Source: a virus (lineage: Duplodnaviria; Caudoviricetes). From it: a stretch of DNA of 63,965 bases. The DNA lies in IMG/VR virus record IMGVR_UViG_3300037714_000156, positions 1 to 63,965 of that record, one strand, 5' to 3'. The position numbers and the translations under genes are program-made. Below, one piece after another: positions 34,569 to 44,680 of this stretch; within the stretch, counting starts at the first letter, position 1; the number at the start of each line of letters is the position of its first letter. The notes under the pieces are model-generated. The model searched no databases and had not been told where the DNA came from. It worked only from the letters and a program-made list of their open reading frames with translations.

Positions 34569-35584
34569 TAAAAACAATCAAAGCAAACCGGATAAACATT
34601 GATAAGCGGGGGAAGATCACAACGGGGATAAAAAAGAAATCAGAATCAACCGGGAAAGAATATCCGGCAACAACGGATTATTTTGTTATTGACGATTTTC
34701 CAGAACTGAAACCTATCTATGGTGAGAAGCCGAAGAAATTAGTTGTTGTTTTCCCGACAAACATCATGATAGATTTCTTTACCGTAGACTATGTGCTTTA
34801 CGGTTCCAACAACACTATGATTCGTAAGTGTGATGGTGAGGAATGCATGCATCGTATTGACGAAGAACTGTTATTGGTATCAACACTTGATGATGAAGGG
34901 AACGCACAGGAGTCAGAACATCGTAATAAAAAATACATTGCCGGAGAATTATCAGAATGTTGCTGCAAGTTGATGGCACAGACCATTGATAAGAACGGCA
35001 AAGAAGCTAAGAACCCAAAACATTGTAGTTGTGCAATGTACCTGAAAGCATTTCTCGTTGATTACAAAACAAAGAAAATCATATCTCCTTTGTGCTATCA
35101 TTTCTATTCTGGCAGCGAGAACACGGCAGCGAACATTTACAGCGAACTCACAAAAATACAGACAATGATGAACGGCAGAATAGCAGGATTACCGTTTGGT
35201 TTGTCGGTAGATATGGTTCCCGGTAAGACAAATGCTAAGATAAAATACCCGATCTGGACATTGCAAATATTAGGGACGATGGCACAGCTTGAACAGGCAG
35301 CAGAATCCTTCCTGTTTGATTACCGGGAGATATTGCAGATCGGTAAAGACACACCAAATCAATTACCTCAAGGAGATAACGAAACGCTGAACAAAAATCT
35401 TACTGATGAAATACAAGAAAAGCTCAACCCCGATTATTGGGTAAATGAAATTAAAAAACTAAAATCAGCAAGTGCTATTGATAAGTTTGAGAAAAGCTAT
35501 TCCCTTGAATTATCTCAATTTGGCGGGGAGGATGAAGTAAAGATTCTCCAGGCATTTGAACATCAAAGAAATCTATATCAATAA
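34565..35584 (+). CDS. Gp3-like ('recombination directionality factor-like') protein
   Basis: GKITTGIKK...YPATTDYF, RKCDG, Cys-rich middle, GRIAGLPFGL. Confidence 0.65.
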   Translation: MIKTIKANRINIDKRGKITTGIKKKSESTGKEYPATTDYFVIDDFPELKPIYGEKPKKLVVVFPTNIMIDFFTVDYVLYGSNNTMIRKCDGEECMHRIDEELLLVSTLDDEGNAQESEHRNKKYIAGELSECCCKLMAQTIDKNGKEAKNPKHCSCAMYLKAFLVDYKTKKIISPLCYHFYSGSENTAANIYSELTKIQTMMNGRIAGLPFGLSVDMVPGKTNAKIKYPIWTLQILGTMAQLEQAAESFLFDYREILQIGKDTPNQLPQGDNETLNKNLTDEIQEKLNPDYWVNEIKKLKSASAIDKFEKSYSLELSQFGGEDEVKILQAFEHQRNLYQ

Positions 35585-35593
35585 GGATGCAGT

Positions 35594-35791
35594 ATGACTA
35601 TTATATTAATATCTTGGCTGATCGGCGGGACTCTTGTTGCGTGGGTTATTATAAGAGCAATCAGGAAGGGAAAGAGGCTACGGAAAGAGATGGATGATAT
35701 TTATAAAGATGCCCTTCGCAAAACAGGAGGAGGTAAATCGGGGATTAAAAAATTTGCAGTTTGGAAATTACGTGAGCATAATTTGAATTAG
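35594..35791 (+). CDS. Small membrane-anchored protein
   Basis: N-terminal TM, basic tail. Confidence 0.5.
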   Translation: MTIILISWLIGGTLVAWVIIRAIRKGKRLRKEMDDIYKDALRKTGGGKSGIKKFAVWKLREHNLN

Positions 35792-35851
35792 TAAGTTGTC
35801 ATAAAGACAGTAATAAATCATCAACAAACAACAAAAGGAAAGAGGTTATTT

Positions 35852-36301
35852 ATGCCGGGAAAAAACAAAAACACAGGTAAAGGCAAGAAGGCTGACAAAG
35901 TGAAAAAGGAAAAGGCTTCTAAGAAAGATAAGAAAGAAGTTGTTCAGCAGAGTCCGCCAGACGGTCAAATGAGCCACGTACAGATTATTTCTAAAGAAAA
36001 GAAATTGACCGTACAGGAAACCGCCGATTGCGGTTCTGAGCTTGCACAGGAAGAATTACAGTTGGACCAGGTGCGAAAGGAAAAGAAAGAAACAAATCGT
36101 GGATTCGACACCACCATCAAAGATCACCTTGTTAAGATTATGCAATTGTCTCAAGCGATTGATACCGGAATTCTTACTACTAACATCGAGTGTGACGTTG
36201 TTCTTGAGCGGGAAAAGGAGAGAAAGGTATGCTATCCGAAAAGCGGAGAAGAATCTTTCATCCTGCCAATGACACCGGACGATTACGATCTTCTTACTTA
36301 A
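35852..36301 (+). CDS. Hypothetical protein with Lys-rich N-terminus
   Basis: 149 aa, GAGG RBS. Confidence 0.65.
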   Translation: MPGKNKNTGKGKKADKVKKEKASKKDKKEVVQQSPPDGQMSHVQIISKEKKLTVQETADCGSELAQEELQLDQVRKEKKETNRGFDTTIKDHLVKIMQLSQAIDTGILTTNIECDVVLEREKERKVCYPKSGEESFILPMTPDDYDLLT

Positions 36302-38193
36302 TGAATGAGAAGATAGAAATAGTAAGAAAATCCATCAAGGAACTTGCGGGAGTATGTGACTACGCAAGTTCTGTTGATGGTGCAGGGTTTAACAAAACCG
36401 ATACAGGCTTCGGTCATTCCCTTGCGACACAGGAGACCTGGACTGATAAGCAGGCTAAATATGCTTGCAGGCTTGTAATTAAATATCACAAACAACTTCC
36501 TCATGTGGATGTAAATATTATTAGGGAATTAATGGGACAGCTCGAAGAAAGAATCCAAAAAGTTGAACTGTATAAAGAAACACAAATCACCATCTCACTA
36601 CTTACAACCAAAGAAGGAATTAAGAAGTTAGCCGTTGTGCTACCATACAATAAACAAGCGGTAGATAAAATAAAAACCTTAGAAGGAAGAAAGTGGAACG
36701 CTGAACTATTGCGATGGGAATTGACTATTCAGAACCTTCAAAGATTAAAAGAAATGTTTCCATTAGCGACATTTTCCGACGGCATAAAGGATTATGAAGG
36801 ATTGCGTGAGCAAAAGGATAAGTTAATATCAGAGGAATTCAAAAAGATTTCTGCTGATATTGATTTAACCAAACAATTACCAAACGGGAAAACGCCCTTC
36901 AAGCATCAGCAAACAGGAATACTAAGGATGCTGAAATACCGGAGACAGATCCTCGCAGACGATATGGGTTTAGGAAAAACACTCCAAGCCCTGGTAGTAG
37001 CAAAAGAATTGTCAAAGCATTATGGTTCACAGATCATAATAATATGCCCGGTATCATTAAAAGAGAATTGGGCGAGAGAGGCTAAGTCAATAAAAATACC
37101 TGTTGGGAAGATATCAATATATTCTTGGGCGAAAATTCCTGAACCGGGAACCAAGGAATATATAATGATTGCTGATGAGGCTCATTATGCACAGGCGGGA
37201 ACAAAAACATTAAGAGGGAAAGCATTCCTGAAACTTGCAGGACACGATAACTGCAAAGCGTGTTATTGTTTAACCGGCACACCGATAAAGAACGGAAGAC
37301 CTATAAATATCTTTCCTTTGCTTCAAGCGACACGGCACGAATTAGCAGGGGACACAAGATATTTTCAGACAAGATTCTGCAATGCTCATCTTCGGGAATT
37401 GGGAAGAAAGAATAAGAGGATAAAATTTTGGGACACAAGCGGTTCATCACATCTGGACGAACTTCATCAGAAGACAACAAATATTATGATACGCCGGACA
37501 AAAAAAGAATGCCTGGATTTACCGGACAAGCTCAGGGTACTTAGGGAAGCTGAATTATCCCAAGAATCTATTGACCTTTATAATAGAACATTGGATGATC
37601 TAAGAAACCGATACCAGGAAAGAATTAAGAGCGGAGAAATTAAGGATGATGCAGAAGCAATGGTAATGTTACAGCACTTAGCACACGCAGGAGCAATAGG
37701 CAAGGTTGATAGTGCTTACGAATTAGCGGAAGAAGTAGTTGAGGAAGGAAACCAGGTAGTTATCTTTTCAACATTCATCGAACCTCTAAAAACATTAAGA
37801 GATAAATTCAATAAAGCAAATATCCCGGTTGATATGCTGATCGGTGAAACCAAAGAGCGTCAGAAGCTCGTAGATAATTTTCTCGCAGGGAAAAGCAGAG
37901 TATTCTTATTGAGTATGGCGGGAGGAGTAGGTATTGATCTTTACACAGCAACAACAATCATATTAATAAATAGGGCGTGGACTCCGGGAGACGTACTTCA
38001 GATCGAGGACAGACTGCACAGGATAGGACAGAAAAATCAGGTAACATCAATATGGTTGCAGCACGGAGAGGTTGATATACACGTTGATGCAATACTCGAA
38101 TCCAAGAGTATGAATATATCCCAAGTGCTTCAAAGCAAAAACCGGGAAGATGATGTTATCACATTCGCAAAGAAATTTTTTAAGGGTAATTAA
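36301..38193 (+). CDS. SNF2/HARP-like helicase
   Basis: LADDMGLGKT, IADEAH, LTGTP, QIEDRLHRIGQ; start at the TAATG overlap 36301. Confidence 0.92.
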   Translation: MNEKIEIVRKSIKELAGVCDYASSVDGAGFNKTDTGFGHSLATQETWTDKQAKYACRLVIKYHKQLPHVDVNIIRELMGQLEERIQKVELYKETQITISLLTTKEGIKKLAVVLPYNKQAVDKIKTLEGRKWNAELLRWELTIQNLQRLKEMFPLATFSDGIKDYEGLREQKDKLISEEFKKISADIDLTKQLPNGKTPFKHQQTGILRMLKYRRQILADDMGLGKTLQALVVAKELSKHYGSQIIIICPVSLKENWAREAKSIKIPVGKISIYSWAKIPEPGTKEYIMIADEAHYAQAGTKTLRGKAFLKLAGHDNCKACYCLTGTPIKNGRPINIFPLLQATRHELAGDTRYFQTRFCNAHLRELGRKNKRIKFWDTSGSSHLDELHQKTTNIMIRRTKKECLDLPDKLRVLREAELSQESIDLYNRTLDDLRNRYQERIKSGEIKDDAEAMVMLQHLAHAGAIGKVDSAYELAEEVVEEGNQVVIFSTFIEPLKTLRDKFNKANIPVDMLIGETKERQKLVDNFLAGKSRVFLLSMAGGVGIDLYTATTIILINRAWTPGDVLQIEDRLHRIGQKNQVTSIWLQHGEVDIHVDAILESKSMNISQVLQSKNREDDVITFAKKFFKGN

Positions 38194-38326
38194 ATGAAAA
38201 GCAAAATTAAAAACTTTTTTCAAGTCTTGATTTATTGGTTGATTGTGATTGGGGTTGGTGTACTTGTATTAGCCTTATTAGTGGGGTTGTGGTATTTAGA
38301 TCACGTAAGATTTATATGGTGAAAAA

Positions 38327-38584
38327 ATGAGTGTTACACCTTTACAGTTAGAACAATTAAAAGAATTTGAAGAAGAATATTTTCAGACTTCCGGGATATG
38401 CTTTCAATTTACTTATTCAAAAATTAGAAAGAAATGGGTTGCCTATACCTTCGGGAAAAAGTTTGAGGACGCAGACTTCTTCAAGATGCTTAACAAGGTA
38501 ACTGACTACATTATAAAAAATAGAATCCCGACTAACAAGGAAAATTATCAATTCAAAAATAGATTTTGGGTTAGGAAAAACTAA
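38327..38584 (+). CDS. Hypothetical protein
   Basis: 85-aa ORF in the operon. Confidence 0.55.
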   Translation: MSVTPLQLEQLKEFEEEYFQTSGICFQFTYSKIRKKWVAYTFGKKFEDADFFKMLNKVTDYIIKNRIPTNKENYQFKNRFWVRKN

Positions 38585-39367
38585 ATGCCGAGAGGAAGAA
38601 TGTTAAACAAAAAGATAAGTTTCGATGAAGTTGTCGCCAAACTTTCACTCAAGTCAGCACTTTTTTTCAGTTGGAGCATCGCACATCTCGATGTTGGAGG
38701 GAAAATTTTAGGTGATCTCAACTATTTGAAGGGAAATATTGTCCCGTACCGACAAGATTTTACTGTAAAAGACATACAAAAGTGTCTTGATGAACTCTCT
38801 GATGCAGGTCTTGTTATTGTCTATGGAGATACTCATAAGTATCTGAAATTCAAAGGGTTTGAGAAGAATCAAAAGGTAAATGTAGATAAAGAAGCACAAT
38901 CGGAAATACCCAACCCTACTCCAGAGCAACTCCAGAGCAATTCCAGAGTAACTCCCGGTAAAGTAAAGGGAAGTATAAGTTTAAGGGAAGGGAAAGACGG
39001 CGGAGTAGATCCTCCGCCTTCCCCCTTTTCTTCTATACTCGATGTTTGGAATTCTTTCGCTAAGAAGAACGGATTAGCAACGATAGTTAGTCTTTCAGAT
39101 AAAAGAATAAAATCAATAGACAAACGAGAGAGAGAAAAAAAATTTAATCTACAAAGTATATTTGACGAAATTGAAAAGAGCGAGTTCTTACGAGGGAAGA
39201 ATGATCGGGGGTGGAAAGTTGATTTTGATTTTGTTTTTTGTAGTGCTAACAATTATCTAAAAATCTTAGAAGGAAAGTACAGAACAAATGGAACAAATAG
39301 GAAGCAAGATCGGGGAAGTGTTGACATCAATAAGTACATCGAAGAAGCCGACACAATCATTAAGTAA
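38585..39367 (+). CDS. Phage replication initiator (replisome-organiser type)
   Basis: MPRGRMLNK...D.GG N-terminus; GWKVDFDFV...YLKILEGKY C-terminus; internal tandem repeat. Confidence 0.75.
   Translation: MPRGRMLNKKISFDEVVAKLSLKSALFFSWSIAHLDVGGKILGDLNYLKGNIVPYRQDFTVKDIQKCLDELSDAGLVIVYGDTHKYLKFKGFEKNQKVNVDKEAQSEIPNPTPEQLQSNSRVTPGKVKGSISLREGKDGGVDPPPSPFSSILDVWNSFAKKNGLATIVSLSDKRIKSIDKREREKKFNLQSIFDEIEKSEFLRGKNDRGWKVDFDFVFCSANNYLKILEGKYRTNGTNRKQDRGSVDINKYIEEADTIIK
38918..38955 (+). repeat. 11-bp tandem repeat (x3.5), candidate origin iterons
   Basis: ACTCCAGAGCA ACTCCAGAGCA ATTCCAGAGTA ACTCC within the initiator gene. Confidence 0.7.
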
Positions 39368-39884
39368 AAAGAAATCACTTCACGAATGGTTTCCGACAAA
39401 TTCAGAATGGAGTAAGCAGTTCAATGAAACGGATCTCGAGTACCATCCATTTTGTACCGGGATATTCGCAAATTTAGAGGCAGCGAAAAGAGAAAAATTC
39501 CCTAAAGAAACAATGAGGGTATGGTTCATTGAATTTGTAAAGCGGGGATGGACAAAGAAAATGCTATTGAAAAGATATGAAGCATTATTAGCAAAACCGA
39601 TTTTCGGGAAGGAGAATTTGGAGTTTGCTGATTGGGTTAATGCTGTCCCTGTTTATGCGGAAGATGAAATGAGTAGCATAGTTAACCGGCGAGTAGATGC
39701 GATAATCCAAAAAGGACAATTCCTTAAAGACAAGAAAGTAAAATTGACGGCGGAAGATAAGCAAGCAATTGAGGCAGCGATAGCGATGGAGATCGCCTTC
39801 AAGTATTCAAACAACAGATACGAACTCTTGGATAATTATAAAGCACTCAGGAAAGAAAAACGATTGAAGGAATTAAAGAAATGA
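39288..39884 (+). CDS. Hypothetical replication-associated protein
   Basis: Overlaps the initiator 3' end by 80 nt with an MEQIG start. Confidence 0.55.
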   Translation: MEQIGSKIGEVLTSISTSKKPTQSLSKKKSLHEWFPTNSEWSKQFNETDLEYHPFCTGIFANLEAAKREKFPKETMRVWFIEFVKRGWTKKMLLKRYEALLAKPIFGKENLEFADWVNAVPVYAEDEMSSIVNRRVDAIIQKGQFLKDKKVKLTAEDKQAIEAAIAMEIAFKYSNNRYELLDNYKALRKEKRLKELKK

Positions 39885-39969
39885 CAGTTGTTATAATAGC
39901 GTTAATTTGCGTTACCATTATATCTATCGTTGGTCTGATTTTAATTTATATGGATGGGAGGAAAAAGAA

Positions 39970-40275
39970 ATGAAAGCAGAAGTAATATTTCTGACGGAAG
40001 AAGATTTAATAAATAATTTTACAAGCCATTGGTTAGAGTTTGTTATTTACGCCCGATCAGAAAAAACCGTAGCAATTAAAGTCAGGAACAAAGAGGAAAA
40101 CCAAACCATTGGGATAATCGCCTGGTATAAAGAATTCAGAGCTTACGCCTTTAGACCGTTCCCATCAACAGTTTTTGAACGTGTATGTTTGCGGGATATT
40201 ACAAATGTTCTTGAGGAACTAGAAAAAATCAGGAAAGGCAGAATAACAAAGCGAAGGAATAAAAATGAAAGTTGA
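39970..40275 (+). CDS. Hypothetical protein
   Basis: GGGAGG RBS before ATG 39970; IGIIAWYKEFRAYAFRP...CLRDI. Confidence 0.6.
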   Translation: MKAEVIFLTEEDLINNFTSHWLEFVIYARSEKTVAIKVRNKEENQTIGIIAWYKEFRAYAFRPFPSTVFERVCLRDITNVLEELEKIRKGRITKRRNKNES

Positions 40276-42112
40276 CATAGGGATAGAAGTAAATCTTGAA
40301 AGGCTGATCGAAACAAGATTGCTCATCCAAGCAAACTCAGGCGGAGGGAAAAGCTATGCAATCCGGAAACTGCTTGAAGCGACACACGGAAAGGTTCAAC
40401 AAATAGTTCTTGATCTTGAAGGAGAGTTTTCATCACTCAGGGAAAGGTATGATTTTATTTTATTCGGAGAGCAGGGAGATTACCCGGTCAACATAAAATA
40501 TGCAGAGAAAACAGCGAGAACATTACTTGAATTAAATGTATCAGCTATCATTGATCTGTATGAACTTAAACATCACGAAAGGATTACATTCGTAAAGCGG
40601 TTTCTTGACTCGATGATAAACGCACCAAAAGGTTTATGGCATTCCTGTTTGGTTGTAGTTGATGAGGCACACATATTCTGCCCGGAGAAAGGACAGTCTG
40701 AAGCGATGGGATCTGTAATTGATCTAATGACGAGGGGGAGAAAAAGAGGTTATTGCGGGATATTGGCTACTCAAAGATTATCTAAACTACATAAAGATGC
40801 AGCAGCAGAAGCGAACAATAAGCTAATCGGACGTACCGGGTTAGATGTTGATATGAAACGAGCGGGAGAGGAATTGGGGTTCACAAGTAAACAGGATATG
40901 CTTTCATTAAGAAACTTATATCCGGGAGAGTTCTACGCCTTCGGTCCGGCGATAAGCAACACAATCGAATCAATAAAAATCGGGAAGGTATTCACAAGCC
41001 ATCCAAAAACAGGAGCAAGAATAACTGCGGTTCCACCTGCAAGCGAGAAGGTGAAAAAAGCACTCAGCAGAATTAAAGAACTGCCGGAAGAAGCTGAAAA
41101 AGAATTGCAGACAATCCAGGATTACAAAAAGGAAGTTCATTCATTGAGAGGGCAGTTAGTCCAGGCAAAGAAACAACAGCCGATCAATAGTGGGTATGCT
41201 ATGAAATATCAAGAGATTATTACAGGACTTAGGGAAGAAAACAAATTATTAAAATTTCAATTAACGGAACTCAAAGGATTCCAGGATAAAATAAAGATGG
41301 CGGTTGTTATTCTTGGAAACCATGCTATGTATTTAAGCACTAAAGTTGTAGATCAGATACAGAGCAAAGCAAACGATATAAAAAATGTTGTTGAAGACCT
41401 CACCAATATCAAACCGCCAGAACTGAAAAGAGCAAAGAATGTAAGAATAGACGTTCAACAACTTGACCCTATACGATTGTCTGATACAGAACATATTAAG
41501 AGAGAGTTTGTCAGCCGAGAAGAATTAAAGAAAAAATATCCGATTGCTGTTATTCCTGAGATTAAGCATAATCGAGAAGCATCAATTTTTAGAAACGCAT
41601 TGGATAAAACCGAAGGGAGATTTTTTGTTAGCGAGAATAAAGAAATTAAACTCCGGGAAGGTGCAAGACGTATGCTTGCTGCATTGGTTCAATGGAGCCC
41701 TAACGGAATGACCGAAGGGATGATGAGAAGCCAGGCAGGGCTAAAAAAGAGCGGGACATATTCAGCCTATAAAACAGATTTGAAGAACGCAGAATTCTTT
41801 CATGAGAGTAATGGACTATTCTATGCAACACGGGCAGGAATAGAATGGCTCGGACACGACATCCCATCACCCGCAACGACACAGGACGTTCTTGATGTAT
41901 GGAAACCAAAGTTACGATTAGGAGCGAGAAGGATGCTCGATGTATTGATTAGTTACAACGGGGAATATATTACAGACGAACAATTGTTAAGCGAAGCAGG
42001 ATTGAGTAAATCCGGGACATATAGTGCTTACAAGACGGATCTAAAAACAGCAAACTTAGCGATAGTCGAATCGGGGAAGATTGCTGCAAACAAAGAGACA
42101 TTATTTTTATGA
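40265..42112 (+). CDS. HerA/FtsK-like (DUF87) ATPase with coiled coil and two C-terminal wHTH-like repeats
   Basis: QANSGGGKS, LDLEGEF, VVDEAH, RGRKRG, ATQR; duplicated KLRxGARRML...GLxKSGTYSAYKTDLK. Confidence 0.85.
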   Translation: MKVDIGIEVNLERLIETRLLIQANSGGGKSYAIRKLLEATHGKVQQIVLDLEGEFSSLRERYDFILFGEQGDYPVNIKYAEKTARTLLELNVSAIIDLYELKHHERITFVKRFLDSMINAPKGLWHSCLVVVDEAHIFCPEKGQSEAMGSVIDLMTRGRKRGYCGILATQRLSKLHKDAAAEANNKLIGRTGLDVDMKRAGEELGFTSKQDMLSLRNLYPGEFYAFGPAISNTIESIKIGKVFTSHPKTGARITAVPPASEKVKKALSRIKELPEEAEKELQTIQDYKKEVHSLRGQLVQAKKQQPINSGYAMKYQEIITGLREENKLLKFQLTELKGFQDKIKMAVVILGNHAMYLSTKVVDQIQSKANDIKNVVEDLTNIKPPELKRAKNVRIDVQQLDPIRLSDTEHIKREFVSREELKKKYPIAVIPEIKHNREASIFRNALDKTEGRFFVSENKEIKLREGARRMLAALVQWSPNGMTEGMMRSQAGLKKSGTYSAYKTDLKNAEFFHESNGLFYATRAGIEWLGHDIPSPATTQDVLDVWKPKLRLGARRMLDVLISYNGEYITDEQLLSEAGLSKSGTYSAYKTDLKTANLAIVESGKIAANKETLFL

Positions 42113-42291
42113 AAGAAATAATTAAGAACATAAAAGCACAAATTAAAAGCTGTAAGAAATATAAACAGGATTTAGATGAGGCAAGTTGGGGATATGAAAC
42201 AGGCGTACTATTGACTGCTAACGAAGCACAAAAAATCGTGGATAAATTAAATGAAGAAAAAAAGAGAAAGAAAAAAACCTGCCTGCCATAA
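42109..42291 (+). CDS. Hypothetical protein
   Basis: 60 aa, ATGA coupling. Confidence 0.5.
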   Translation: MKEIIKNIKAQIKSCKKYKQDLDEASWGYETGVLLTANEAQKIVDKLNEEKKRKKKTCLP

Positions 42292-42490
42292 CTGCGGAGA
42301 GGAAATAATGTTCACCTGGAATCATACCGAAAAGAAGTGGACATTGGTTGAACCGTACGAAATGGATGTTGGCGAGAGAGAATTGGCGAGAGTGAAAACC
42401 CCAATTCCCTATGACCCGAATCGGCACAAAAGACATTATTGCGATCAGAACAGACAGCAAGAAAATATTGATAGGATATATCGTGGCTAA
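42251..42490 (+). CDS. Small Zn-binding protein
   Basis: CHNCG...HYC. Confidence 0.55.
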   Translation: MKKKRERKKPACHNCGEEIMFTWNHTEKKWTLVEPYEMDVGERELARVKTPIPYDPNRHKRHYCDQNRQQENIDRIYRG

Positions 42491-43121
42491 ATCAAAAATC
42501 GAATGGCATCAGAAGACGGCAGCTAAGAGGTTGGGTATTACTTTACAAGAATATCAAAAACATTTATTCAATAATGAAAAATGGTGTATAACTTGTAGAT
42601 GTTGGCACGGTAGGGGATTATTCGGTTCCGATAAAAGCAGAGGAGATGGGAAGAAATCAAACTGTAATAATAAAGCAAAGAGAAAACCTCTACAACTAAG
42701 TCTGTTTGCTAAAGATGAAAAAAGACTGAGGGCAAATCAAAGTTATCGTAAATATTACGCAAGTAAAGCAGGAGAAGACATTCGCCAAAGAATATATGCC
42801 AGAAAAAGGAACACAGAACCAATACCGGGTTGGTGGAGAAGTGAATTGCTTGAAAATTCATTATGTGCTTATTGCGATAATAAAGCAGAGACAGTTGATC
42901 ATGTTATCCCTATATCAAGAGGAGGTAGAACCGAAGAAGGAAACTTAGTTCCATCCTGTAAAAGTTGTAATAGTAAAAAGAAAAATAGCGATCCTAATTT
43001 ATGGATTGGCAAAATGAGAGAGGAACAAATAGAAAGAATAGGTGTTCAGCCGTTCATAGGGTTGGGAGCGTTAGAGATAATTGAATTATTAGGAGGATAT
43101 GATGGCTTCAACTACTATTGA
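42483..43121 (+). CDS. HNH endonuclease
   Basis: CAYC...TVDHVIPISRGG...NLVPSCKSCNSKK; likely GTG start 42483 after an AGGA RBS. Confidence 0.88.
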   Translation: MAKSKIEWHQKTAAKRLGITLQEYQKHLFNNEKWCITCRCWHGRGLFGSDKSRGDGKKSNCNNKAKRKPLQLSLFAKDEKRLRANQSYRKYYASKAGEDIRQRIYARKRNTEPIPGWWRSELLENSLCAYCDNKAETVDHVIPISRGGRTEEGNLVPSCKSCNSKKKNSDPNLWIGKMREEQIERIGVQPFIGLGALEIIELLGGYDGFNYY

Positions 43122-43821
43122 ATGGACTCAAGGACCAAATGGTGAAAAAGGAATGGTATGGAATCCAGTAACCGGCTGTACTAAAGTTTCTCCTGGATGC
43201 AAGAATTGTTACGCAGAAGATATTGCGGTAAGATTTTGGGGAAAGAGAAAGTTTACAGATATAATTTGTCACGAAGATAGATTAGAACATCCGTTGCATT
43301 GGAAAAAGCCAAGAATGATATTCGTTAATTCTATGAGTGATCTGTTTCATGAAGATGTGCCATTAAGTTTTATAAATGAAGTTTGGTCTATAATGAAGCG
43401 GACGGAATCAATCCACACTTATCAGATACTAACTAAACGACCCGAAAGGATGAATAAATTATTATTAGGAGGAAATTACGTTCTTAAAAATGTTTGGCTC
43501 GGAGTATCAGTAGAGAACCAGAAAACAGCAGATGAGAGAAGGGAATATTTAAGACAAACACCAGCATCAATCAGATGGGTCAGCTATGAACCAGCATTAG
43601 AAAAAATAAATTGGAAGGGGTGGGAGTTTATAGATTGGTTGGTCGCCGGTGGAGAATCTGGGGCTAAGAAAAGACCGTGTGATTTAGAATGGTTCAGATA
43701 CTCAAAAGCTTGGGCTGAGGCACACAACGTAAAATTCTTTATGAAACAAGTTGATAAAGTTCAACCAATACCAGGGGATCTAAGAATAAGAGAATATCCG
43801 AATGGACTCAATAAAAATTAA
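43102..43821 (+). CDS. Gp37/Gp68 (DUF5131) family radical-SAM-like protein
   Basis: IEWT, WNPVTGCTKVSPGCKNCYAE, FVNSMSDLFH, QILTKRP, GGESG, FFMKQ. Confidence 0.92.
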   Translation: MASTTIEWTQGPNGEKGMVWNPVTGCTKVSPGCKNCYAEDIAVRFWGKRKFTDIICHEDRLEHPLHWKKPRMIFVNSMSDLFHEDVPLSFINEVWSIMKRTESIHTYQILTKRPERMNKLLLGGNYVLKNVWLGVSVENQKTADERREYLRQTPASIRWVSYEPALEKINWKGWEFIDWLVAGGESGAKKRPCDLEWFRYSKAWAEAHNVKFFMKQVDKVQPIPGDLRIREYPNGLNKN

Positions 43822-43844
43822 AAGTCACCTGACATTTTTTGTAG

Positions 43845-44030
43845 ATGGATAGCGGGTTTCCGCTTGCGATACTTTGTATTTTGTCTGTGTTTTTAGTTGC
43901 TTACTCAATCGCTGTTACAAAGATGCTGATTGAGAAGGAAGAAATAATTGATAAATTCTACAACGGGCAGAAGCCAGCGAGAGTGAGCAAGTTACTATTA
44001 TTCCTTACAACAATGATAGGTAAGATATGA
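43845..44030 (+). CDS. Small membrane protein
   Basis: Hydrophobic N-terminus. Confidence 0.45.
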   Translation: MDSGFPLAILCILSVFLVAYSIAVTKMLIEKEEIIDKFYNGQKPARVSKLLLFLTTMIGKI

Positions 44031-44212
44031 AACAAGAAGACCAAATATCTTTAGCAAAAGAATTAGCTACTCTTTGGGATAGCTATGAAGAAGAAAACGG
44101 AGAACAAGCATCGTATCTATTGGCTTGCTCTGAGTTAGGTATAGACCCCAATGATGGATATGAATTGTTAGCTTTGATTGCTGATAATCCAAAGGAACAA
44201 AACAATGACTAA
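44027..44212 (+). CDS. Small acidic hypothetical protein
   Basis: 61 aa, coupled start. Confidence 0.55.
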   Translation: MKQEDQISLAKELATLWDSYEEENGEQASYLLACSELGIDPNDGYELLALIADNPKEQNND

Positions 44213-44369
44213 GCCAAAAATAAAATTAACCAAGAAAGAAATAGTCGCTTTGGCAAAAGCCATAGCGACCGTATTCAAAGCTAAAACTTTAACTGATGAA
44301 CAAAAAGAAAAAGAAATGATCTCACAGCTAAATACAGTGTGCGAGGGAAAATTAACTTGGAAGGATTAA
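44205..44369 (+). CDS. Small hypothetical protein
   Basis: AAGGA RBS before ATG 44205 (MTKPKIK...). Confidence 0.5.
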   Translation: MTKPKIKLTKKEIVALAKAIATVFKAKTLTDEQKEKEMISQLNTVCEGKLTWKD

Positions 44370-44372
44370 ACA

Positions 44373-44669
44373 ATGAAACATATAAAAGCATTATTAGACG
44401 CAAAAGAAATAAAAATAACTTGGGAATTTGACGAAGCACAAGCAGATGCAGTCCATAATCAATTCAGTTTGGAAAAACTTAAAGAAGAAATTAGCAGTCA
44501 GCTTGAACCGCAAGTTCTGAAGAAAATTGCGGACGTGACTAAAGACGAACAAGCATATTTGCATTACCTCTTAATACTAAAACAGAATGAATTGGAGTTA
44601 AGAAATAACGAGTTAGATAAAAAAGAAATTGACTCAATAAAATTACTTAGAATAAAAATAAGTGAGTAA
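44373..44669 (+). CDS. Hypothetical protein
   Basis: 98 aa, AAGGA RBS. Confidence 0.55.
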   Translation: MKHIKALLDAKEIKITWEFDEAQADAVHNQFSLEKLKEEISSQLEPQVLKKIADVTKDEQAYLHYLLILKQNELELRNNELDKKEIDSIKLLRIKISE

Positions 44670-44680
44670 GCAATTTTTCT

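Noticed and set aside
36229-36300. ORF-track upstream starts at 36229, 42411, 47490 and 49574
   Set aside because: They overlap upstream genes or terminator hairpins; downstream coupled starts or starts with an RBS are more plausible
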